64,000 bases of DNA from Tubiluchus corallicola (GCA_030141605.1 JAQGDQ010000059.1:248001-312000); one strand, 5' to 3'. Positions 1 to 12,399 are shown, counted from the stretch's first letter. The notes: a model not told the origin generated them from the letters alone. Numbers and translations: made by a program.

Positions 1-1019
1 AAGCTAACGGAATCCGTTCTATAGTGCGCTAGTGTGTACCTTGTGGCCTCGTTTAACTTTTCGGTTGACTTCCATGGGTCCACTTTTCTTACTTCCACAC
101 GTACAAGCCAAAATTTGACGTAAATGTCGATATAGTTTGACATTTCCTCGCTTAGAATGCCTGGGACGAGATGATTAGAAAATTTACGATATGATTTTCT
201 ACGAAGAGATGAAAGTAATGGTGATGCGAGGGCTGCAGCTGCGGATATGGGCATCCTATATCATAGATAATTTCACGCAAAAATGACTAAATGTACATGG
301 TTGTCAATGTTACGTTGTAAATGAAAACATACAAATAGGGGCCATGTTCATTGTAAAACTACAATAGTAAAACGTTAGGGTTAACAAAAAAAACAAGCAG
401 ACAGGGGATTATGAGTATATCGCAGCTGTTTCGAAAGTTAATTTGCAGCTTTTTAATCAAAGCAGCCGCCAGATACAGCTAATAACAGAGTTTCAATGCA
501 CTTGGGGCCTTTATCGCTGGCTGAAAGACTGCTTCCGGACTATAGACAACATCTCTTCATGTTGGCTTAGGCACAATCTTGCATACTGCAGTGAAATGCA
601 GTGTATCTGTGAGCAGAAGACGAGCTAATCTAATTATAAGAAGTGGAACTGAAGCCATATACGCATTACTCAGGCTTTACTCTGGCGCTTCTTTTCAAGT
701 AATATGAGCTTTACTCGCCGGTCACGTACTCTAGGCTGGGAACTTATAGAGAAAGTCTAACGCAAATATATAACGTAATATATATATATTGTAACAAACA
801 AAAACAAAATGAAGAACTTTTGTTATGAAATGGGTGCTAAATGCTTCAGGCATAATCAGCATCAAAATAGAAAAGCCCATTGCAAAGAGAAGTTGAACAG
901 ACAACAGAAATTGTTTGAAATAGTTATGAAAATATAACTAAAATGAATTATACGTTGTTTTAAGGACAACATTTCTTGTTTTGTATATGAATGTCCTTGA
1001 ATTTGCCACTCGAATTGGC

Positions 1020-1056
1020 ATTATTATTATTATTGCTGTTGTTGTTGCTGTTGTTG

Positions 1057-1127
<71 letters not shown>

Positions 1128-1142
1128 GCTGTTGTTTGTTGT

Positions 1143-1176
<34 letters not shown>

Positions 1177-1188
1177 GTTATTATTATT
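1020..1188. repeat. Compound (TTA)n/(TTG)n trinucleotide microsatellite
   Basis: Long TTA and TTG runs seen directly; they generate the poly-I/L/V/C ORFs at 981 and 991. Confidence 0.97.
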
Positions 1189-4100
1189 CAAGATTTTGGA
1201 CAATGCCAACTACAAAACAATGGAAAGGCGAGCAAACAGACAAAATAAATTATAGCACGTCAAATTAATGATATTAAATTAAATAGTACGTTTATGCAAC
1301 AAAGTAAGTAAACATTGCAAACGCCACCTAGCCTATTCGGTCCAGTTTACTTAAGGTTAGTTTTCTCATTAAACTTTAATTGATTCAACGCTTGGTAAAT
1401 ATTACAAGACAAGAGATGTTATAGTAACATAAACAGAGAAGACAAACATAAGGCTGTACAATTGGGAAGAGATGTTATTCGGAGCGCAAATTAACAGTTG
1501 ATTCAATTGATTCTACTGGCAAACCATTTACTAAAAAAATTTGTGAACCATACACAGAAACAGTAAAAAGCCCGACTAAAATAGCGAATGAAAATAGAGT
1601 TTTCTGCACAATCACACTTTAAGTTAATATCACCAACAGTAAGGATAATCAGAGAAGTTGTTCCAAAAATATCCATATAACTGGTTCTAGTTCAGCAAAA
1701 ATTCAGTATATTAAACCCTCCTGTTATAAGTAACGTTTTCTGACGATGCGACCGGGAAAGTCCCTCCAAGCAGAAAAAGGTGCTTAATTTCTTACTAAAT
1801 TCCACACACAAGAACACAACCACCGGCGTGCACACATCTCGACAAAGACATTTGGACACAAGACGTTAAACCACAAAACATGTGAATACATAGGTAATAT
1901 GGACACTAACTATCAGACCGACATTTTCGCACGGTGCCAGACGATAAATACACACATTTCAGATTTTACACATTACGGTTTAACACGGCTTCAAATCTTT
2001 TCAAAAAATTTTTTATCGCTGACATGTACATGTAATCGTACAATATTCATACATACATTAGAGTAAGTTACTCTCGGCATTACTCCTGTCCCCTTCTTGG
2101 CTTCTTCCTTTGTAATTTTTCATCTTTTGCAGTGTCCAATTTGCCCTATCCCCCAGATTTAAACTAGTATTGCTAAGCTCTACAGAATTTAAGACGAACA
2201 TGTTAAACTAAGTAAATTCGCAGAAAGCCGTATAAAGACGCGTGATGCTGTTGAAATAACAACCCACTTGAAAACCGCCTGTATTTTGACCTTAAACGAA
2301 GTTTGAAGGGATCTCTAAGTTTTCTGTCTGGACTAGCCGTGTTTCGTAACATTAGTCAGCAACATTCAACAGAAGCCCACTTTTGCAGGCATGTGGTAGG
2401 CCTCAAAGTGCCAGTCACGTGATTAGCGAAGTGGCTTCATTCTACAGGCTGGTTCAGAACTAGTGAGAGGTAGCTGCTGGTTTATTTCTTTGCATCCTTG
2501 ATGCAGTGGTATTTAATAGTAGCCACAGCTAATCTTGGTATAATTTAAAGATCACCGTCTACATGTATGAGCGTTTATGGATTCCATGGATTTCTCATAA
2601 TAGTGCAAAAGACGTACAACACATTCAATGCCGAGAACATATCAAGTGGCACATGAGCGATGGATCACTTAACATCACATGCAATTGGATAGCCTGAAAA
2701 TACATATTAATAAATAAATCCACAGATTCAATTGAGTTGCTTACTGTTAAGACAGGGCCTTAGACTTTTGTCTTTTGGGCGTCCGAGTTTGTCAAGGCAC
2801 ACTCTCTCTCAGAGATACTCACGCCTTCAACTCAAGACGTAGTCCTTACCAGGAGCAGCAAAACTCATGAGAAATTGCTGCTCCGTTTATCGATTTGACA
2901 TTATGAATAATTAATTGCATCGTAAAACGAAGTAAAATCTTTCGCTTAAACAGAAATAATTTAATTAGTGAACCAAAAACGATCATGTACGGCAATTATT
3001 AAATTCAATATACGGCAAAGGAAAGCGCTTTAAAGCCGATGGGAATAACATCTTTTCGAGATTCTACTTTGCCATAATCACATCACGCAACTTCATATAG
3101 ACTGTATACTAAGGCTATGACATCAACAGCACACCGCTACTTGTATTAAAATTCTTAAAATATCTAGGGAAGGAAATATGTTATAATAATCGTGATGAGA
3201 CAACGGCAGGAATGAAAACAACGATAATTATTCACTGCAGACATTACGTAGGCGTTATACACATATAAATGATATTAATGAATTGCCTTAATTCACTGTT
3301 ATGCTGCTAAGTATACACTGTGTCTTCAGGTGCTTTAGATATTTTGCCCATAGAAACTTTCCGTAGGTTCGGCTATTGATTCGTTTATTACATTATAAAA
3401 TAGTTTCACGCATATGCAGTTATTCGCAGGATTGGTAAAAAATAATTTACCATTGACTTTAGAAGGCGAAAAGACGAAAAAGATTTTAAAGGAACCACTT
3501 GGCCATTATACGCATTATTACGTTGGTCTTGTTTTCAGCTTGCAGCAGCACACAAAAACTTTATACATCCATTACTGACAATAAACTGCGTACATACCGC
3601 AGTCTACATAATGTTCACGCTTACAGAATGGCAGGCAATTAAGCAACTGGCAATATTGCAAAACGAAACCAGACGAAATTGGCTGTATATATTCCTAGTA
3701 TTGACCCACGCGAGTGAACTCAGGCTCCACGAATAGGATAAACGAAGCCTCGTTTACATATTATAACGTATATGTAATGCGTTTACACTATCACATAGAC
3801 AAAAACCCGCAAACATAGTTACACCTTATTGAATAGAAGACTGTAATGTACAGGAACAAAACAATACAAAAGCGTAACGTGTAATAGTCCTCACGTTTAC
3901 AAAAGCTGGTTGCAAGCATCGCGTCAATACCAATGCGCGGCTTCAGTGGCTTGCCCAATGCCCAAGCAGCGCTGGCAAGGTCAGGGCTTCAGTGTAAACT
4001 AATGATGTTTAGTTTTTGATGGAATGAATTTAGCCAACTGTCCGGCAAAGTGACCAAAAGTTGAACTGACACAGGGGTCCTGGCGTGAGCTCGATGAAAG

Positions 4101-4308
4101 ACACTGTTAAAATAAGTCTACTTAAAGATTTCCCAGACTTGGTAGATCAGATCCTTTTTGTTACTTATCAATAAAAGAAATAGGCGGCAGGGTATAGTTC
4201 TGGAGTAATTCTTGACGTGTGACGTTGCAGTATCAAAATTCGACGCAATTAGCTAATGCAATAAACAATTTCCGGGCAATCAGTTATTGCAATAAAGGCA
4301 ATAATTGC

Positions 4309-4355
4309 TTAGATTAGATTAGATTAGGTTAGATTAGATTAGATTAGATTAGATT
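4309..4355. repeat. (TTAGA)n pentanucleotide microsatellite
   Basis: About 9 copies of TTAGA with one TTAGG variant. Confidence 0.95.
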
Positions 4356-5662
4356 TGTGTTATTGTGTGTAGAGTAAAAAGAGCACTCAGCAGGCAGTAT
4401 TGTCTAACAGGTGACCGTGTGGATATGGTATGGTATGGTATGGAATACTATACTGCATCCAGTATATCAGCTCTTTGCAATAATTATTGTTATAAGTTGC
4501 TGTAAGACATGTACCCTTTATTTATTATTGTAACTTGATGTGAGAAGTCTTTGCTTTGCCTAAACATTCATCTCTCCCGCGTGGTACTTTGCGTGTGACA
4601 AACTGCAATTTTATTTACAAACGCAGTAACACAAAATAAATACAGTAAAATTAAGTAGCACTAATTGTTATTTTTTTCGGATTACTGAAGTAAGTAAATT
4701 ACAAATTAATTTGTTAAATGTAGAATTATTAGTGGTTTTAGCTTGACAATAATTGATACATTTAATTAGTAATGTGCACAGTCACAATACATTACTGCAA
4801 TATTTTTTCTTTGGTCAATAACATATTGCACTGTGTTGCAGTGCCTGTTCGCCTATAGCACATGCTGTAATCAGTTGGCAGTTGACACAAGGCCCAGCGA
4901 GGTAATTTTCAGAAGTAGTCGCGGAGAAATAAATTTGGACTTAAATGTAGTGAACACGGAAGCCAAAAAGACACTGTCCTATTGTAAATTTGCAATGTTT
5001 TCTGAATCGTAAGATAATAAAAAATTTATCTTAAAGTCAATTAAGACCACTCAGAGAACCAATCAAGGAAATTTCACGCAGAGCTGAGAGCCAGACAAAG
5101 CACTTCAACTCAGACACGATTCTACCATTAACAAAAATAATACAGTCAGTAAAATTAAAAGCATCATTTTTAACACAATAATGATCATAATCATCACATA
5201 ACATTGGAACTCCATTACCATGGCAATTAAAATTTTTCAAAAGACCCCTGAGTTATCACTCATCCAAGCTTCAATGACTTCAGCAGTTAACGTTTATGAA
5301 TTATGGCGCGTCTAAGAAAAATAAATTAAAAATTATACGACATCCTGGATTATACTTCGATATACACATACATGTTCGATGCCTGTCTCCGAATACTTTG
5401 AATATTTTAATGAGCATGTTAAATGGCTGTACACTTAAATTTGCTCTCTGATTTGGTATTATTATGGTCACCACTTATACATTCGCCCATGATGAAAACT
5501 CATTAAAAGCTCATGTTCATTCACAAGACAAGAGAGATATTCACAAAACAGATAGGAGCTGAAAGCTCTATACTCTATTAACAACGTTTAACTCTTTCAT
5601 TGATTTTATAGTTAAGTCAGTAGTAGCATCTCATATTGTCAGAAGCCCATATTAATGTTTGG

Positions 5663-5778
5663 ACAGAACAGAACGAAACAGAACATAACGAAACGGAATC
5701 GAAGAAACTGGACTGGAACAAAACGGAAAAGAATAACAGAACAGGATAACAGTGAAATGGAGCGGAACAAAATAGAAC
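5663..5778. repeat. Degenerate (AGAAC)n-like pentamer repeat
   Basis: cagaacagaacgaaacagaacataacgaaacggaatc... shows 5-bp periodicity. Confidence 0.7.
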
Positions 5779-6699
5779 ATAGTTGGTCCTAACATTCTAA
5801 ATAAATATGAAATGCTGAGCAGGGCAGAAAAAAGAATAATAATGACATAGTCCAAGTTTTTGCAGTCTTATTAAAGCATCAGTTAAACCGTCAGATTACT
5901 GTCCCCAGAACAAAAGCAAGTAGTCCAACCTCTGTTGTTTTAACAAATATTGAACCGTCACCATACAGAATTCGAGGAAATTCTAGCAGACTCAATGTGT
6001 AATTAGTTGCTTCAAAGACAAAGAGGGTGGAGCATAGATGGACTTGGTAATTATTAGAAAACTGGATTTTTGTTGGACAGTGTATTTACCAGGCTAATAA
6101 CTAGATGCTAGGTATCTTTGCGGAATTAGCAAGTCTTTTTTGCAGATTTAGAAATAATAATTCGCCACTTTTTCAGCCCTTGAATCAACTGTTAGAAAAA
6201 AATGACCCTCAAGTATGTCAGCTCACAAAACACTGTGTTTTCAAGTCTAGTATTACAAGTCTACTTACGATGTTTTAACAGCTTAATAGCAATCATTTCA
6301 TTTATTCAATATTAAATTTGTCCAGCAGCTGCATCGCGTCAAAAATGCATCCTGATTAGTAATAATTAATTAGGCCCTAAAAGGATTAACATTTAACTAC
6401 CAGTATAATTATTTTGTATAGCTAAACAATAATTTACCGTTAATTAGCGACGCGAGTGACAGTAATTAGCAATTTTATTAACCCTCTTTTTCTAATCATC
6501 AATTGGGAAAATGCTAATTACTGCCTTGGTGATCGTTTGTCATCACGGTTAATCATGTTAAAGATAAGCTGCAGAAACAATTAAGACATAGTAAACATGA
6601 TGAAATATTCAAAATTTTTAAGCACATTGAAAATTAACCAGCGCAGATGACTAGGGTTACTTTTACCAGAAAATGTTGAACGTTCTCAGTATGCGTGTG

Positions 6700-7340
6700 T
6701 TTGGTTACGAGAGCTGAGCAGCACCGAGCCTGTTTAATAGATGGATGGTCGACTGTCAGGAAAATTACTTCTGTGCAGTTTCAACATATACTGCCTCATC
6801 GGAGTATGTATTAAGAACTGAAAAGGTGTCTGATCTCTGTCAATTAATATCTTATAGAGGATCATCTCTAGGTCCCACCACAATTTTTAAAAATAATAGT
6901 AAGCCAATATCCGGAAGAGCTTTTTACAGAACATCGAAACTGTATAAAAAGGCAAAGCAATATTTCATAAAATTACAATAGTTAAGAATTTACGAAAGTT
7001 GAAAATAATATTATGTTGTGAATTCGAACCGATGTTGTTCACTATTCTTTACAATGATATTTCCGCTCGTATTTTAAAATTTGTAGATGAAACAAGATTG
7101 TATAATGCAATTAACTCTGTAGCAGATTCATTAGTTTTACAGCAGAAAATTGAACAACTATGTAGGTGGTGTACTGACTGGCAAATGCTATTTAATTTTT
7201 ATAAATGTGAGGTAATGCACTGCGGTTTTGGGAATGTTGAAAGTGATTACATGTATATTATAAATGGAACAACTCTTCAAAGCGCAAATAGTAAAAATGA
7301 TAACATCAGACTTAAAATTTTTTTCCAGCAATGTGTATCC
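6700..7340 (+). mobile_element. Degenerate CR1/L2-type non-LTR retrotransposon reverse transcriptase fragment
   Basis: Translations RGSSLGP (cf. QGSVLGP), PMLFTILYNDI (PLLFLIYINDL), KFVDETRLY (KFADDTKLY) and WCTDWQMLFNFYKCEVMH (W..WQM.FN..KC.VMH); catalytic DD decayed and frames broken. Confidence 0.85.
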
Positions 7341-7464
7341 TCTGTTAAAAATTTTGAGGCCGACTACCTCATCCAAAAACATCTCGCTAAAGTATTATTA
7401 TTTTGCATTTGCAATGATACTGTATATAATTTTTTATATATATTATCTACCAACAGATGCTACG

Positions 7465-7483
7465 CAAAATCAGAATTTTCTTT
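7465..7483 (-). promoter_or_regulatory. Histone downstream element (putative U7 snRNP site) of H2A
   Basis: AAAGAAAATTCTGATTTTG begins 12 nt after the stem-loop and is identical to the H2B element. Confidence 0.8.
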
Positions 7484-7495
7484 TGACATATATGT

Positions 7496-7511
7496 GGCCC
7501 TGAAAAGGGCC
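7496..7511 (-). promoter_or_regulatory. Histone mRNA 3' stem-loop (SLBP site) of H2A
   Basis: Minus strand reads GGCCCTTTTCAGGGCC, 25 nt after the H2A stop. Confidence 0.97.
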
Positions 7512-7536
7512 GGTTGGTTTAATGTTGTGAATATTT

Positions 7537-7905
7537 TTACGCCGCAGTTTTTTTCTTCAGCAAGACTGCTTGGATGTTGGGCAAGACTCCTCCTTGTGCA
7601 ATAGTGACACTTCCCAGAAGTTTGTTCAACTCCTCATCATTTCTAATAGCCAACTGCAAATGGCGAGGAATAATTCTGGTCTTCTTGTTATCACGGGCTG
7701 CATTGCCAGCTAGCTCCAAAATTTCAGCAGTTAAATATTCCATTACCGCGGAAAGATAAACTGGTGCTCCACTACCAACTTTCTTGCTGTAATGACCTTT
7801 CTTCAAGTAGCGATGAACACGACTAACAGGAAATTGCAATCCAGCTCTTGACGATCTTGATTTTTTCTGACCACCTTTTTTTCCTCCCTTACCACGTCCA
7901 GACAT
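7537..7905 (-). CDS. H2A: Histone H2A, replication-dependent type, divergent sequence (122 aa)
   Basis: SGRGKGGK...[12 protein letters not shown]...[60 protein letters not shown]; intronless; followed by stem-loop. Confidence 0.99.
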   Translation of the reverse strand: MSGRGKGGKKGGQKKSRSSRAGLQFPVSRVHRYLKKGHYSKKVGSGAPVYLSAVMEYLTAEILELAGNAARDNKKTRIIPRHLQLAIRNDEELNKLLGSVTIAQGGVLPNIQAVLLKKKTAA

Positions 7906-7992
7906 TTTTACGCTGTACTTGTATTAAACCACTCACCAAATATTTACCTGCAATGCAATTTATCGTTGACTCCAATTAAATTTGCGTGAACT

Positions 7993-8024
7993 TTTAAGCT
8001 ATTTATAGCTTAAACTTGGATTGG
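7993..8024 (-). promoter_or_regulatory. H2A promoter: TATA box inside a 10-bp inverted repeat, plus CCAAT box
   Basis: TTTAAGCTAT-TT-ATAGCTTAAA (7993-8014) contains minus-strand TATAAATA; ATTGG at 8020-8024 is CCAAT on the minus strand. Confidence 0.65.
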
Positions 8025-8100
8025 CGATCGTGCATACTATCACACTAGCGTTAGAGTAAACATCACATATAATTTCCAATTTTCACTTACGTAAATAGTG

Positions 8101-8190
8101 CGTACTTTAAGGTTAGTGCGGACGATTTAATCCATTGCTGCCTACTTTAAGGTTAGTGCGGATGACTTAATCCATTGCTGTCTACTTTAA
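8101..8190. repeat. 40-bp tandem duplication in the H2A-H2B intergenic region
   Basis: cgtactttaaggttagtgcggacgatttaatccattgctg / cctactttaaggttagtgcggatgacttaatccattgctg / partial third copy tctactttaa. Confidence 0.93.
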
Positions 8191-8353
8191 CGCTCGTGTA
8201 AATTGTGCCGTTAATCCATTATTCAATCCGGCCACGTGACATTCACTGCTATTAAAGAGAAGTAGCTCAACTTGTTCCTAAACTCCGAATTCTGAAAACT
8301 ACAAAAGTTGTTATTGATATTATTCTTCAAAAAGTTTGCTTCATTCTTTGATC

Positions 8354-8725
8354 ATGGTTAAAAAATCTCCAAAAAAGGGAGGAGGAAAAGCTGTGAAAAA
8401 AGCTAATGCTCCAGTGCAAAAGCGTACAAAGAGAAGTCGACGCAGGAAGGAGAGTTACGGAATTTACATTTACAAAGTTCTAAAGCAAGTTCATCCCGAC
8501 ACTGGTATTTCCAGCAAAGCCATGAGCATCATGAACAGTTTCGTCAATGATGTATTCGAACGTATTGCAGCAGAAGCCAGTCGACTTGCTTTCTACAACA
8601 AGCGTCGGACGATTAGTAGCAGAGAAATTCAAACTTCGGTTCGTTTATTGCTTCCTGGAGAACTTGCCAAACATGCTGTGAGTGAAGGAACAAAAGCTGT
8701 CACCAAATACACAAGTTCAACATGA
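8354..8725 (+). CDS. H2B: Histone H2B with N-terminal SPKK motif (123 aa; ATG at 8354)
   Basis: MVKKSPKK...[44 protein letters not shown]...[25 protein letters not shown]; intronless; followed by stem-loop. The ORF-track start at 8336 is a TTG. Confidence 0.99.
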   Translation: MVKKSPKKGGGKAVKKANAPVQKRTKRSRRRKESYGIYIYKVLKQVHPDTGISSKAMSIMNSFVNDVFERIAAEASRLAFYNKRRTISSREIQTSVRLLLPGELAKHAVSEGTKAVTKYTSST

Positions 8726-8747
8726 ATAACAGCCAGATAACCCCATC

Positions 8748-8763
8748 GGCCCTTTTCAGGGCC
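8748..8763 (+). promoter_or_regulatory. Histone mRNA 3' stem-loop (SLBP site) of H2B
   Basis: GGCCCTTTTCAGGGCC, 22 nt after the stop. Confidence 0.97.
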
Positions 8764-8776
8764 AACAAGCTATGCG

Positions 8777-8795
8777 AAAGAAAATTCTGATTTTG
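8777..8795 (+). promoter_or_regulatory. Histone downstream element (putative U7 snRNP site) of H2B
   Basis: AAAGAAAATTCTGATTTTG begins 13 nt after the stem-loop. Confidence 0.8.
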
Positions 8796-11700
8796 TGGTT
8801 ACACATCTAAATGCAAAAGTTTGCAATTGCTTTGAACTCCAGCTACCATATGCCATCGTAAAACGTGCGTTTCAGTTCAATTACTTTAATTTTGTAACGA
8901 ATTTTGTCCAACAGCTTGTAAATGAATAAATGCATATGTTTTGTATAACGCACTTGATCATGTCAATGTATTATAACACAAGGCGAACAAACCACGTCGC
9001 GCTCATTGCTTACTGATTCGAGCGATTTTTTTTACAAAATATGCGAGGATTTTTCGTCGGCAATCAGTCAAAAGTGGGATTTGTTATGCAGTACAGCGTG
9101 CTGTATTACAACAGAAAAATCCTTGCTGTTCTCTTGGGCTGATTGGATCGCACCAATTAGTATTTTCTTTACGAATCATCCTCTATCAATTTAAGAAAGT
9201 TAACGACTGTTCTTATCTTCAAATACTTGAAATTTGTCTGAATGATAATACAGTTTATGTGCGAGGAAGTATCTTTGTTAAGACGTGCATTTACGTAAGC
9301 CTATATGTTCATAGTTTTTGTGCTTTAATACCTGTGACGCCAAAACTTCTTTTACAGTCAATGCCTGTTTTGCTGAAAGTGGCGTTTAAATTACGTAAAT
9401 GTCGTTTTGTATTTGAAACTCTGCGGGAAACTGCACGAAAAATAACTGTGTATTGTATTTAGTAGTAGTGGTGGCGGTAATAGTAGTTTTATTGATCAGA
9501 ATTTTTATACAATATTTTAACAGGGTAACAAACAGAAAATAAAAAAAATTTAATCCATCAAATTTATATTCCTTGGAGGCGAGGGAGGGGGTAAGGCGAG
9601 CATTAGTTTTTAAAGCAGAAAATATAATTATTGATTATGAACTGACAGAATCCCTTCTTACCCTAAATGTATAGAGTATAATTTGCACTATAAGCTATCA
9701 AGACGAGTAATAAAAACAGCATGCCAACTATACACATACATGTACTACTATTAATTGTTGGCAATAACAATAATTTTTAGAACAATAGCGCTTTATACTT
9801 AGTTTTTTCCTTTATAAACAAATAAAAGTAATTAAAGGCAAGCCAAAGACAAACCACGACACAGAAACCAATGCAGAATCACTATGTAACACTGCATTTG
9901 TGGCACACAGTGTAAATATTATACTTGCACACGTGCGAAAAAAATAATTAAGTTGATAATGATCTTCAAAGAACTCAAAGATACTGCTCGCATCTCTTTA
10001 CTTGTTTAAACATGTTTACATCTTCACGGTATTTCTTAAGTACGAAAGATTTCGCCTTATTTCCCGGGGATTGTAATAATTATTGTTATGATTTCGTCGT
10101 GTTTCTAGACTTTTTTGCTTTTGTAACAAGTGGTTATAACCAAGGTCTTGTAAAATACCATTAATTAATTAATTTATTTATTTAGCATACATTTTAGTTG
10201 ACATACACCAAAATATTTTAATTTGAAAAATGCGGTTATATTCATCTGAGAAAAGGTGGCGTCAACCAAACCATTATGTATATTAATTAAACTAAATTAA
10301 ACTATTAAATATTTTATTTACTGTGAATAAGACGTGATATTCTGAAAGCCTATGAAGTAAATTTAAGTATTAACTAATCATTAAAATTCAATTGATACTA
10401 ACAAAGTAGCCAGAAGCTCAAGCTTTGTAAGTTTGCCGCTATCAACGACAGGTGGCAGAACAATGTTAACTTCGAACAACTCCCGCAAAAACGGCATCCA
10501 TTGGACTGAAGTCCAACTTTCAAGTACACATAAATGAAAAATATAACGAAATTTAATTATTATGTGGCTATTTTTTCCAAGAAATCTTTTTTTCGCTTTT
10601 AGAAACATTACAGAAGTAATCACAGTAGTGGCACTGTGGTACATTTCTATTATTACTGTGACATATTAGCAAAGCAAGCAAATTTTTTGTCCGCCCCATG
10701 TTAAAAGTAGTTGCTGATCGTGAGGCGCCATCCATTGACAAGAAGAAGCAAAACTTATAACCCGCATTAAGCTCGTACATCATGGGCACATCTAAGCATG
10801 CGTACAAACTTCTTAGTAAAAAGCATATACATTACATGGTTCTTAAAAGTTCTGGGAGTTTACATGCATATACAGTGGGCATTGCGTGATGCATACAAAA
10901 CGGTTTCATATTAAAACAGATTGAAATGTCAAAAAGTTAGTTCAGCAAAACTGGCAGTCTGTCAAAGTGATGATGGCAACCCTAATACGCTTCACGCATT
11001 ACGCAACTAGAGCGCTTACACACAATCTTGCCTTGGTGCGTGCGCGAGGCAGAAGCCATGCTGCGCAACGAAGAGATTCGATTTAGTTGTCAAAATGTTT
11101 CATATAATTTCAATGAAATATTTAAAAGACTAATGCTAGTCGCACACAGCAAAAAATGTATAAGCAGTATGAGTTTGTCTGGGACAGTTAAATAAAAATC
11201 TGTGTGCAACAAACTCGACCGCGCACACGAGCAAATATCAGTGTTAGACAGTTGTTGTAGGCAGATTTTGCCTGGTGCGCCCGGATGTAAGTTTTTCTAA
11301 AGAAAATTAAAAAGATGCAGTTGCACTGGTAATTTAATTAGCCAACAAAGGCATGTGATACCTGAAAAGTTTAAATTCACAATTTAAGAATGTTGTGATA
11401 CATTGAAATATATTGGTGCATTATGTAAGGAAAGATGCATAACTATGACCTATATAAACCACACATTGGAACTCTCAACTAACTGCAAGGAATTTCTTCA
11501 AAGCCGTATCAGTTTAACTTTCTTGCATGCGTCTTGTTAGTAGGTATAGAATCCTTAGACTACTGAATTATAAACACAAAATGCGACACTAATACGAGAC
11601 TTGTAACGAAATTTATGAAAACGAAATGATGCGATACCTAGTTCAGGAATAAAGTCGTGCTGCAGAAAAGTGGAGTAATTTATAATTAAATGGGTTTCAA

Positions 11701-12399
11701 TTAACATTCGATTGTTGCCATTGTCACATTAAGTATAAGTTATTCAGTATAATTTATTATTAATAGCGCATCTTAGTATCGCTTTGTTATGATTAATACA
11801 CAGACGTGCCCAGAAAACTTGATAACTGTTGAAAGCGCGACAAGACTGTAGATTTTAGAAATGCGAGTAAAACGGAGAAATAGGTAGTTAAAGCTGAGCC
11901 TAATATCTAGTTTCTCCTGAGTATACAGTCAATTTTTTTAAGTTCTCTAATCTATGGTTTAGAAATAAGATGAGGCATTTGACTAGTGTATCAGTTGTTA
12001 CTACTATGTTCATCAAAGCTTTATTCATTTTTATTTTATAACAGCATAATATGTTAAGGATAAGCAACATATGGACTTACCTACATATTGATAAGAAAAG
12101 AAGTTCCAAGTACCAAGGTTCCGCCAGAGAAACACATGAAAAAGAAACGAAACGAACATTTAAATAATTAGTTTATATATAGATTACATATAGTATATAT
12201 TTATACAGTACAAACAGTAAATAAATATGATAAATAATAAATCAATCGAATAAATTAATCAATGCATTAAAGGAAGGATAGGATGATTTTCCTTACAAGT
12301 CAGATATGCCCCATTTTCAAGTCCGATAAAAGTATACATTTTAACACAATTAATACTGCAAATGATAATAATTAAATTATCGGTCTTTCTGTTAATTAA

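Noticed and set aside
150-270. Tc1-like transposase C-terminal trace (NAWDEMIRK...)
   Set aside because: Too short and broken to distinguish from chance
981-1268. ORFs with poly-I/V/C/L tracts
   Set aside because: Translations of the (TTA)/(TTG) microsatellite
1740-1765. CTGACGA...GAAAGTC hammerhead-like core
   Set aside because: No pairing stems II or III can be drawn
4309-4355. Interstitial telomere repeat
   Set aside because: Unit is TTAGA with only one TTAGG; ordinary microsatellite
5037-5300. LINE AP-endonuclease remnant on the minus strand (VIEAWMSD, cf. ITETWL)
   Set aside because: Single weak motif; not enough for a call
6999-7604. 201-aa ORF as a real gene
   Set aside because: Decayed RT (DD lost) fused by chance to antisense H2A 3' sequence; TTG start
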